Positions 39,174 through 48,028 of a stretch of 64,000 nucleotides of DNA are shown one piece after another (position 1 is the first letter of the stretch; each line of letters opens with the position of its first letter). Below the pieces are notes generated by a model that searched no databases, had not been told where the DNA came from, and saw only the letters and a list, made by a program, of their open reading frames with translations. The stretch is from a virus. Made by a program: the position numbers and the translations under genes. The stretch lies in the IMG/VR virus record IMGVR_UViG_3300030329_003436, positions 1-64,000 of that record; one strand, given 5' to 3'.

Positions 39174-42100
39174 TTATCCTCTGTAGTTACTACGGAACTG
39201 TTGTGGGTCTGGAAGTCTGCTTCTTCTCAGGTCTTCCTCCTGTTTTGTACGAATATCCCTTATCTGCTTTGCTTGTTCTCGAATACGTTGCTCTTGTATT
39301 TCTTGCAGATTTCCAAACTTTGGTTGTAGCTGCATGTTATAAGTTGTACTCATTCCATCCGGCCCTACATCAACCGACATATCTGTGATTATCGGACCAA
39401 AATACGGAGTCGCAGGTGGCCCAACAGCGTATAACGCTTGTAAATGTGGTGGGATTCTCGCCGGAATAGGTAAAGTACCAAAAGAAACATGGGTTCCTAA
39501 ATCATAAAAAGGTGGACCATCTAGCGTTACACTTCCCCTTTCGGTCTCTTGATTGATTTTAAATTGGTCTACATCTGCCAAGCATTTAGCTCTCGCAGCA
39601 AAAGCCATTTCGCTTTCTGCACCAAAGATTCCGGGGTGATAAGATGAGTCGTTAATATATAAAATCTTGCCCCAGTCTTTACCCTTAGACCACGGACCCC
39701 AATAGTAAATCCGACTCTCCATAGGAACCCCGGCATAGTAAGGCTTAAACGCAGCAGAAACCATAGGGGCTTTATTTATATCGGCACCCATTCTCATATG
39801 AACTGGATGATGGAAATAGTTGTTCAAAGCAGCCTTTAGATAAGCGTCTGCTGTTCTTGAGTCGCCAACCTTTGTAAGAGGGATGCATAGACTCGTTCCT
39901 TGAACCAGTTTTCGCCCAGACGTATCAACCCAATTATGCATCGGTATTGCTTCACACGCCGCTTTATCTAATATCGGCACGCTCGTGGCTGGATGAACTC
40001 TAACAACTCTTCCAGTAACTAAATCTTCACAATAACCACTACCTGCGGGGGTTACATTGTCAGCAGTGCATCTACCACCACTTATCCATGCAAATAATGG
40101 AGCTAAACATTCATCTTTTGGCCTGTCAACAACCTTGTCGGTGGATCTTTCTATACAAACCGCTGTCTCCCAGTGGCATCCTTCAGAATCGGGACCGGTC
40201 TGACATTCGTGTCTCGCAACCTTGTCAACCCATGTTCCACCATTGTCTAAACATAGTTCAGGCGTTCCCCATGTGGGATCGTTGTGGTCACGTTTGGCTA
40301 TACCGGCGCCTGTATCACAGTAAGGTATTCTATCACCAGCATCACAGTTATCATCAAACTCTTCTCCATCAGGAAACAGTTGGGCGCGTTTGTCATTGTA
40401 GGTATCAGGTAGGTCATATCTCGCGGCTCCACCTTCTATACTTATGAGAGCGTAAGGTTTTAAGAATGAACTTCGGACACTTCTCCCTTTCCATTCATGA
40501 TTAGCAGACCCTACAGTATTGAGAGCTAAACATTCCGCCTTGCTTTTTGGTGGTGGGTCGATAGCGTAATAAGGATCAGCCATTGGCTCGCCATCTTTAA
40601 AGCATTCTTTTTTTTCCGACTCATTGGTAAGAGTTTCTATATAACTAATCTCTGGCAACCAGTATATCTTAGGATCTACGCTAGCCTTAACAAATACGGT
40701 TCCATCTTGAGAAGCATCGCCAGCTATATCGGAATAGAATTGTTCTATATAGGTCTCAGGGTTAAATTCCCTAAAACTTAATTTGTGCGGCTGGTGGCTT
40801 AGTCTTTGAATTTCTGTATTAGGAAATGCTACAAAAGCTTCTAAATTACCATCAGAATTCCAGAAGTTTTGATTAGCGGGATATCTTAGGTTTTCTTTGC
40901 TATTTATTCTTGGTTCATCTTCTATCCATTCCACGGTGACATTATTATCAATACCATAAATATAACAATCGTTAAGCCTTCTAATTTCTATGAGTTCTTG
41001 TAAGTTGGTTGTATCTACGCATACCCCCACATCGTTAAATGGCCATCCGGCACTTGCTATGTCCCACCTATTGTCTACAATAATAACTTCGCCGTCCTTT
41101 TTAGAGACAACAGCCTGCCATTCACTTTGTATTCCGTAAGTAGACCACTTATGACCGTCATCTTCGCAGTCGGATATACTGTTATATTTATTCCAAGTGG
41201 CAGTAAAATTGACACAGTCTGTTTCGTTATCAATGGGCTTCCCGCCGTCTTCGCATGGAGATTCAAAGATGGCTGTTACCGACTTAGCCTTTTCCTCGCA
41301 TCCCGCTCTGGTCGATACGTCCACGGAATTGCCAGCAACGGTGATCAGGCCAGTATGTAGATTGCCATTTTCGTCTTTGCAGCATTGACATGTAGGACTT
41401 GCCGAGCATCCAACCTCAAGAGGTGGAGCAAACGGAAGCTGCATCAAATAAGTTCTTCCGTAATACTTGGTAGCTACTTCGTTGACAACTCTCCAAGAGA
41501 AATTCTTCTCCATCTTCTTGTGTTCTTCTGGAGTTAAATCAGCCCTTGTTCCCTTGCAGAGAAATGGAACACCTTCGTTATGCTCATCAACAGAAGTGTC
41601 GCCACTTTCGGATGGTTTTAGTACAGGGGGAATCGCCGGATACTCTGGACGGCCAACACCAAAGAATGCCTCCATAGCATGTTTCAAACCACCCTGCGTA
41701 CTATCGTTCATTATGCACTCTTTCCATTCCATCTTGCATGGAAGCCAAGAGTCATAATTTCTCATATATTTAAACCACGCATCCTGACTGGTAGCAGCGT
41801 GTCGCAATTCGGTAACTGTCGCTAGATAGTGGTTTTCAGCCACCCCGTCTACTAAAATGTCTTCGCCGCTAGGTCCATGAATAAACCCAGCCAAATGGAG
41901 ATTGATAGGAATTGTAGCGGTGTCAGGACGAACCAAATCTCCGGTGCCGGGATTCCAACCAGTCCACTTATGAGGCTCCCATCGTGTTTTACAGGTATTG
42001 TCACCAGCATGCTCCCTGCAACAATAGTCCCTACATCCTTGTTCGTCGCCTGCGGTTACTTCGCTTTCAACGTCAGCACCTGTAGACGGATCTACCTCAA

Positions 42101-45100
42101 TTTTTACACAAGTCCCTTCGTTTGCACATTCGCCAGCGGTCAGCCCTGATACTCCAGCGGGTGCAGCAGTACTCGGATCAACATGGTAAGGTTCACATTT
42201 TGCGTTTTCGTCACAGTCCTGTTTGTTATTATGATCCGTGTTTATACACCCACCCTCTTGAGCTTGTCTCATTCCGGTGATAAAATTATAAGGATCTGGT
42301 TCGTCGTGGAATGTGCATCTTGAAAATGTAACATCAACCTCTTCTGCTGTTACAATAGCGTTCCCCGTTCTTACCCAGCTACCACCCAATTTTTCGCAAC
42401 ATAGTTTGCTTTCTGGGTCACATTCAGGATCGGTGTCAGGACAGGTCATTCCCGTACAAGATCCTTCTTGCGAGCTTGTCATGACAACTTCTTTTCTTCC
42501 GTAAGGATCATGGCAAAACAATGTATAACTGTATCCAGTAGCTACTTTCTTTTTCCTCTTCTCTCCATTCTCTACTATAGTTACAGTATCATAGAGACAT
42601 GTGTCCATCTCGTGGCGTGAATCTTTATAACCAATGTTATGAAAGTTAAGATTGGAGGGTGATGGAATATGGACCGAACTACATTTTCCTTCGTATCTGT
42701 CGAAAAATTCCTTATTGCTATAAATTCCGTCTTCTGAATCAAAATCTCTGTATGGGTCGTCATCATTAAATGCGCCTTTGATCGGGTTTCCTCTAGTTGT
42801 ATTTTTTACAAACCCATCAGAAGGAGTATTGATTAGCTGCTGATCGCTTATTGACCACCCCCACATCGGATACAGATCTATGTAACCATCCCCTTCTTCA
42901 AAAGAATTGGACAACCAAACCGCTCCACGGTTGCCGCTAGAGTCTGTCCATGCAGCACAGTTTACTCTACTCGATTCGTCAATCTTAGTCCAAGTACCAA
43001 GAGGGGAAGCTGGAGGTGTATCACAACTAACCTTACTGCTTCTTCCGGCTATAACATCACCAGCACCATCAAGGCACGCATAACAATTTCCACCAAAATC
43101 TATTCCTTCACAGGACTCATCGCCGTTGTGGTTATTTTCGTCAGATTCTTCCGAAGCATCAGCGTGCGGAGTACAATTGCCTCTTGCGGCCTCATTAAGC
43201 CTGCCCATGTCAGCCTTTATAATGCCTTCATCATCGTCAAAAGGATGAAAATGATTTTGCCAAGCTCGATATTCATCGCTTGACCAGCCAAGAGTGTATG
43301 TCCACTTCTCCCATTTTTTACCAGCGGCAATACAAGCAGCTTCTGTTGTGTGTGCCGGATCGTCACATTGTCCTGTGCATGTAGCAGGATACCCTCTTTG
43401 AGTCCCCGGAGCCTCATGACCTTCTGGGGTTAGACATATACCACCCCTAGCTCTCGCTTTGCCTCTTTCATCGTAAGTGTCTATAGGTTGACTTCCAGTA
43501 ACATAACCCAGACTTGCTCCATCTAATTCTGTACTGGGTAAGTATTCCATAGGCCATTCGTCGGGAATACCATCGCCATCCTTATCAACATATTCGTCGT
43601 ATCTGGGTTTTCGCTTACCTAATGGAGTTACGCCAACAACTCTTGTTCTTGGCCCTCCAAGCATAAATACGCCAGTATAAACATCGTTGTATTCATAGCC
43701 GACATTTGTATTGCGGATGATAGGTTCAGAGTAGCCTAATGATGTACCATCCCACTTGAACTGTTCTTCCGTCCACCATGCGGTTGGGCTTCTTTTTACC
43801 AAAGCGTCATCAATACTGTCTGAAACAATATGAGGAACAATCTTATCTGCTTGGTTTCTTGGAATTGCCCATACTTTAATAATTCCAGCATAGGTACTAT
43901 CTTGAACAGTGGGTGCAGCAACACGCGAGGGTCCATACCAATTATTATATGCAATCCCGGCAAACGGGGTTACGCTTCCGGGTTCTGGGTCACGAATTAA
44001 CTCAACAAAAAAATCTGCTCCGGCGGCTTCACAAATGGTTTGGATAAGAGAAAGTAGACTGACATGATTTTCGTTTATACGAAGACTCGAATCTAGATTT
44101 CCTCCCCCCCAAGGACGTTGACTACCCGGAATTTTAGAAGGGGGATTTTTAACCTTATGAAGATTATATAAATCAGTCAGATCTACTTTATATCTATACG
44201 GGCCTTCTTTTCTGTCAGAAGTCCTGCCTCTACCAGCGATAACCACGGGTTCATCGTCTGGACTAAAAGTATTTCTGTTGTCTGTGACATAATACGATGG
44301 GCCACCCATAGGCTCATTTGCTCTTTTATAACATTCGTCTCCACCCATGAGCATAAAATTAAGAGCTGGTAGAATACCAAATTCCTGTTTTTCAAAAGGC
44401 GTGCCGCTAAGTCCTAGTGCGGCACCACCCCAAGTGCCACCGGGATCACACCCAAAAGGAGGATCAATTTTGACATCGGGATCGTACCATACCATCCCAG
44501 CTTCTTTCATTTCAGCGTTTCCAAACCTTCCGTTTGGATTGGCTCCGCTATTACCCAACTCTTCAAAAATACCGCCGGGAGGAGCAAGGTAATCAGATGC
44601 GGTAGGTGTTAAATCTGCAAACCCGTCAATATCCGGTCTAAACTGAGAGAACTCATAGTACCCAAACACGTTCAATATATTATAATAGCCGCTATACCCT
44701 TTTTCCATAGCCCTCATGTTGGGGATATCTCTGGTGTTTGCTGGTTCCGTCCCAGAATAGCCACTGATTAAATCATTACCGTCATAGAACCCTTCTACCG
44801 CATCTGGGTAATCAATATCTGCTGGCGCCACGGGGTTTATAAATCTTTCCCCTAACAACACTATGGTGTCTTCCAGAACAACTCTTGGGTCTACTACCTC
44901 TACCTGATAGGTTATTCCACGTTCGCTATAGTCTTTTTTTACATTTTTGATAATACCATTAAATTCAAAAATAGAGCTATCTTGGTAATCATATTGATCT
45001 GCACCAGTAGCCGGTGGTGGTTTATGATTAGGATGCGTTACCCCCCACTCGCGTAATCTATAATTAAAATAGACCGGCGCGCCAGCCCTTGGTTTAAAAA

Positions 45101-45509
45101 AGTAATCGCCGTTCTGTAAGTAGTCTGGTACTTCGTCAACAACTCTCCTGCTACTTGCATTAATAGCGGCACAGTCGCAGTTTTCCCAAGGTCGGATATC
45201 AGTTACGCAATTGGGCGCGCAAGGCTGTCCAACTTTAACACCAGTAGAACGTTCTGCATCATAAAGTTCTAGTGGAAATGCCTGAGTATCCCAAGGATGA
45301 TATCCTTCCTTAACAGCGTTTGGATTTCTTAGAAACTTATCATCTTCCACTAAAGACACATTTAGCGTAGAGGGCTGGCTATTTAGCCCTAAATTAACGC
45401 TAAAGTTTGTAATAGACGCACCAAGAAAAGACTGTTGAAATATTTCTTGGTTAATTTTATTTTTTGCGTTACTGGGAAGAGTAACTGGATTGTTTTGTGG
45501 TTTAGGCAT
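39174..45509 (-). CDS. Putative tail hub/tip protein with Cys-rich insertions (2111 aa)
   Basis: Hub-like N-terminus (FLGASI..F..NLG..STL.V.LVED, FNGII, VVDPR) and C-terminus (ERGSVTLDG, ITDMSVDVG); about 60 Cys in the inserts. Confidence 0.65.
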   Translation of the reverse strand: MPKPQNNPVTLPSNAKNKINQEIFQQSFLGASITNFSVNLGLNSQPSTLNVSLVEDDKFLRNPNAVKEGYHPWDTQAFPLELYDAERSTGVKVGQPCAPNCVTDIRPWENCDCAAINASSRRVVDEVPDYLQNGDYFFKPRAGAPVYFNYRLREWGVTHPNHKPPPATGADQYDYQDSSIFEFNGIIKNVKKDYSERGITYQVEVVDPRVVLEDTIVLLGERFINPVAPADIDYPDAVEGFYDGNDLISGYSGTEPANTRDIPNMRAMEKGYSGYYNILNVFGYYEFSQFRPDIDGFADLTPTASDYLAPPGGIFEELGNSGANPNGRFGNAEMKEAGMVWYDPDVKIDPPFGCDPGGTWGGAALGLSGTPFEKQEFGILPALNFMLMGGDECYKRANEPMGGPSYYVTDNRNTFSPDDEPVVIAGRGRTSDRKEGPYRYKVDLTDLYNLHKVKNPPSKIPGSQRPWGGGNLDSSLRINENHVSLLSLIQTICEAAGADFFVELIRDPEPGSVTPFAGIAYNNWYGPSRVAAPTVQDSTYAGIIKVWAIPRNQADKIVPHIVSDSIDDALVKRSPTAWWTEEQFKWDGTSLGYSEPIIRNTNVGYEYNDVYTGVFMLGGPRTRVVGVTPLGKRKPRYDEYVDKDGDGIPDEWPMEYLPSTELDGASLGYVTGSQPIDTYDERGKARARGGICLTPEGHEAPGTQRGYPATCTGQCDDPAHTTEAACIAAGKKWEKWTYTLGWSSDEYRAWQNHFHPFDDDEGIIKADMGRLNEAARGNCTPHADASEESDENNHNGDESCEGIDFGGNCYACLDGAGDVIAGRSSKVSCDTPPASPLGTWTKIDESSRVNCAAWTDSSGNRGAVWLSNSFEEGDGYIDLYPMWGWSISDQQLINTPSDGFVKNTTRGNPIKGAFNDDDPYRDFDSEDGIYSNKEFFDRYEGKCSSVHIPSPSNLNFHNIGYKDSRHEMDTCLYDTVTIVENGEKRKKKVATGYSYTLFCHDPYGRKEVVMTSSQEGSCTGMTCPDTDPECDPESKLCCEKLGGSWVRTGNAIVTAEEVDVTFSRCTFHDEPDPYNFITGMRQAQEGGCINTDHNNKQDCDENAKCEPYHVDPSTAAPAGVSGLTAGECANEGTCVKIEVDPSTGADVESEVTAGDEQGCRDYCCREHAGDNTCKTRWEPHKWTGWNPGTGDLVRPDTATIPINLHLAGFIHGPSGEDILVDGVAENHYLATVTELRHAATSQDAWFKYMRNYDSWLPCKMEWKECIMNDSTQGGLKHAMEAFFGVGRPEYPAIPPVLKPSESGDTSVDEHNEGVPFLCKGTRADLTPEEHKKMEKNFSWRVVNEVATKYYGRTYLMQLPFAPPLEVGCSASPTCQCCKDENGNLHTGLITVAGNSVDVSTRAGCEEKAKSVTAIFESPCEDGGKPIDNETDCVNFTATWNKYNSISDCEDDGHKWSTYGIQSEWQAVVSKKDGEVIIVDNRWDIASAGWPFNDVGVCVDTTNLQELIEIRRLNDCYIYGIDNNVTVEWIEDEPRINSKENLRYPANQNFWNSDGNLEAFVAFPNTEIQRLSHQPHKLSFREFNPETYIEQFYSDIAGDASQDGTVFVKASVDPKIYWLPEISYIETLTNESEKKECFKDGEPMADPYYAIDPPPKSKAECLALNTVGSANHEWKGRSVRSSFLKPYALISIEGGAARYDLPDTYNDKRAQLFPDGEEFDDNCDAGDRIPYCDTGAGIAKRDHNDPTWGTPELCLDNGGTWVDKVARHECQTGPDSEGCHWETAVCIERSTDKVVDRPKDECLAPLFAWISGGRCTADNVTPAGSGYCEDLVTGRVVRVHPATSVPILDKAACEAIPMHNWVDTSGRKLVQGTSLCIPLTKVGDSRTADAYLKAALNNYFHHPVHMRMGADINKAPMVSAAFKPYYAGVPMESRIYYWGPWSKGKDWGKILYINDSSYHPGIFGAESEMAFAARAKCLADVDQFKINQETERGSVTLDGPPFYDLGTHVSFGTLPIPARIPPHLQALYAVGPPATPYFGPIITDMSVDVGPDGMSTTYNMQLQPKFGNLQEIQEQRIREQAKQIRDIRTKQEEDLRRSRLPDPQQFRSNYRG

Positions 45510-45528
45510 TTTTATCCTGTGTCCATTT

Positions 45529-48027
45529 TTATGGCGTATCTACTCTAGTGTTGTTAGCATCAATTACATTTCCAAATGGGTATCTCAATGGAACGGTAGG
45601 ACTAGATATTCCATTAGTGGTATTAAACCATGTAGGATTATTTGTTTGAGTAGGCGCAGCGGCAGGCCAAACCCCTGCACCACCTACAGGCGGAACCCCA
45701 CCATTGGTTGCTTGAGTATAAGGCTCTTCAATCTCATAAACCCAAGATATGTCAAGCGTATAAGCTCCAGTTCTTGGATTCCAAGACTCCGTAGGGGAGT
45801 TCATGAATACTTTTGTCACGCCGTCTATTCCGGGTATTGGTCTAAACATATTCACCACCCTCATTAATGAGGTTTTCTGGCCAATGCTATTAGATGGCTT
45901 CTCTTTCATTGCATCAAGATATCCTACTTTGTACTTTTCTCCTGTAACTGGATGCACCTTTTCTGAAAAGCGAGGAACTCTAAGCTCTCCAGCTAGTTGT
46001 TCTTCACCCCATAAGTTTGTATCTCCAATCCTTGTCTTATCAAGACCTTCAACTTGGTTCGGGTTTGCGCTTCTAACAATTGAGATGTCATCATGTTGTC
46101 TGTCATCAAAAACAAATTCACTTATAGTATCTACTATACAGCTTATACTTAACCTTCTTTCCCATTGTGTTTGAGTATTTATATTTTGGAAAACCGGACC
46201 TCTTGTTCTACCGAGAACTAGATGGCTACCATAAACCTCTCCCGGCATCGTGTCGTTTACACTGATGTCCTCCGATAAGGCAAACGGTAAATATGTTTCG
46301 GGACCATTATTAAATGAGAACCCGTATGTTATAACACCCGTCAGTGGACTTAGACTGTTGCTAACGCTGGTCGGTTTTGGGTTAATTTTAACATCATATC
46401 TTCCAAGCCTATTAACAGAAGATTGTACAGTTTGATATAATGTTCTTTGGTAAAAGTTAAATCTTGCTTCTGCCGCTTGATATTTAGACTGGAATGTTGG
46501 TGCTAATGCAATTGTGGTTTGATTTCCGGGGTTTGTTGTTTTTGGAGCATCTGTATGGTCTCCTGTTGCACCCAAGTTATAATCAACATCGTCATCAGCC
46601 TCATAGTTCCAGTATATATCTTGTCTGTTTCCGTAGCTATCAATCCAAGAGGCGTTGTCAACAAGTCCTTCAATAGTGCCATTTATTGACACTTCAATAA
46701 TTGGACTGTCGCCTGACTCGTTTACAGACATTTCCATTGTTTCTAAAGCTATACTGTCTGCGGGTGCAACTATCCAATTTTCTGTTACAGTGAAACCACC
46801 TCCTAATTTGTCTACCTGTTGACTTCTTGTATAATTAAATCCTTTAAACGCATCTATACCTAGACCGTCTAAATTAATACCGCCTTTATCAAGGTCGTCA
46901 TTATCAAGGGTCATTAAACCAGACCCAAAACCCGGACCAAAAGACGTAGTATTTCCTTCTATCTGATTCATGCCTTTCAAGAACCAGTCTCCATACCTTA
47001 ATGTATCATACACAAAACCCCTAGCTTGTTGCCAAGCTTCTCTATTATATGTATCGTTTGGATTATAAGCCTTCCAAAAATGTACAGGTGTTGCAACAGT
47101 TGGATTATCTCCTCTAGAGACATCAGTATAATAGTCTGATGCGACTGCGGGTGTAACAGCCTCGGAAGCAAATTGTCCCTTGCCTACCGCACTAACAGTT
47201 CTAGTCATTTGATAAACTTTATGTGTTTTAAATATAGACTCCTCTAAGACATCTCCAAATGTACCTGAAGAAAATCCTGTTTCAAAGTCAACTACATTTC
47301 CATCCGCGTCTGTGTTTACAGCAGCGCTAGCAGTTCCGTCGCCAGCACCCCTCTCTGGATTGTCGGACCTTCTAATGGTTCTGCTTTCTGTTTCTTGTAT
47401 ATCCCAGCTTTCTTGAGCGTCTGATATCATCCAAGCAACTTCTTTGGCAGTGGCATGTCTCTGACCATTAATAAAACTGTCGTAATCACGCCAGTGCTGA
47501 TATAACAGTGTTTCCGCTGGCCCCCAGATAGTATCTGCTTCTAACTGAATGGTATACTGTGATATGTTTGGATTACCGGGATCATGAGAGGGAAAATCTA
47601 GACTCACAAATCTGGGATAGATAATCATCCCGTCAAAGCTTTGATTGTTGGGTGGGATTATATGTAATAAGCCACCCTCATTTCTTTTGGAGAAGAGATT
47701 CATTAAAAGCTTTTGCTTCGCCTGTATTGCTCTATACTCCCTTCCTTCTAGTTTGCCCCACGTAATTCTGTCATCACCCTTATCTCCGGTATCTAGAGAA
47801 CTTTTATCATCACTAAAAATTGCTCGCATCTCGCCTGTTGCGTCATCAAACGCAATATAGGGCGACCCCATGCCCGCCATGAGAGTTCCTTCAAGAGTAA
47901 TGCTGTAAGTTACTCCTAGTATTTCTCCACTACCTGATTTCGCAAAGTTTTTTGTTATATTTACAAATGGGGTGGGATGTATGAAATGCACCTCTGATGA
48001 ATTTGGATTTTGATATGATAGTGGCAT
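45529..48027 (-). CDS. Putative distal-tail/baseplate-like protein
   Basis: Second gene after the tape measure protein; beta-rich with repeated ESW/ENW strands. Confidence 0.55.
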   Translation of the reverse strand: MPLSYQNPNSSEVHFIHPTPFVNITKNFAKSGSGEILGVTYSITLEGTLMAGMGSPYIAFDDATGEMRAIFSDDKSSLDTGDKGDDRITWGKLEGREYRAIQAKQKLLMNLFSKRNEGGLLHIIPPNNQSFDGMIIYPRFVSLDFPSHDPGNPNISQYTIQLEADTIWGPAETLLYQHWRDYDSFINGQRHATAKEVAWMISDAQESWDIQETESRTIRRSDNPERGAGDGTASAAVNTDADGNVVDFETGFSSGTFGDVLEESIFKTHKVYQMTRTVSAVGKGQFASEAVTPAVASDYYTDVSRGDNPTVATPVHFWKAYNPNDTYNREAWQQARGFVYDTLRYGDWFLKGMNQIEGNTTSFGPGFGSGLMTLDNDDLDKGGINLDGLGIDAFKGFNYTRSQQVDKLGGGFTVTENWIVAPADSIALETMEMSVNESGDSPIIEVSINGTIEGLVDNASWIDSYGNRQDIYWNYEADDDVDYNLGATGDHTDAPKTTNPGNQTTIALAPTFQSKYQAAEARFNFYQRTLYQTVQSSVNRLGRYDVKINPKPTSVSNSLSPLTGVITYGFSFNNGPETYLPFALSEDISVNDTMPGEVYGSHLVLGRTRGPVFQNINTQTQWERRLSISCIVDTISEFVFDDRQHDDISIVRSANPNQVEGLDKTRIGDTNLWGEEQLAGELRVPRFSEKVHPVTGEKYKVGYLDAMKEKPSNSIGQKTSLMRVVNMFRPIPGIDGVTKVFMNSPTESWNPRTGAYTLDISWVYEIEEPYTQATNGGVPPVGGAGVWPAAAPTQTNNPTWFNTTNGISSPTVPLRYPFGNVIDANNTRVDTP

Positions 48028-48028
48028 T

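Noticed and set aside
28047-45509. Eukaryotic or giant-virus contamination explaining the Cys-rich ORFs
   Set aside because: The ORFs are intronless, abut phage tail genes in one operon, and share modules with neighbouring tail proteins.
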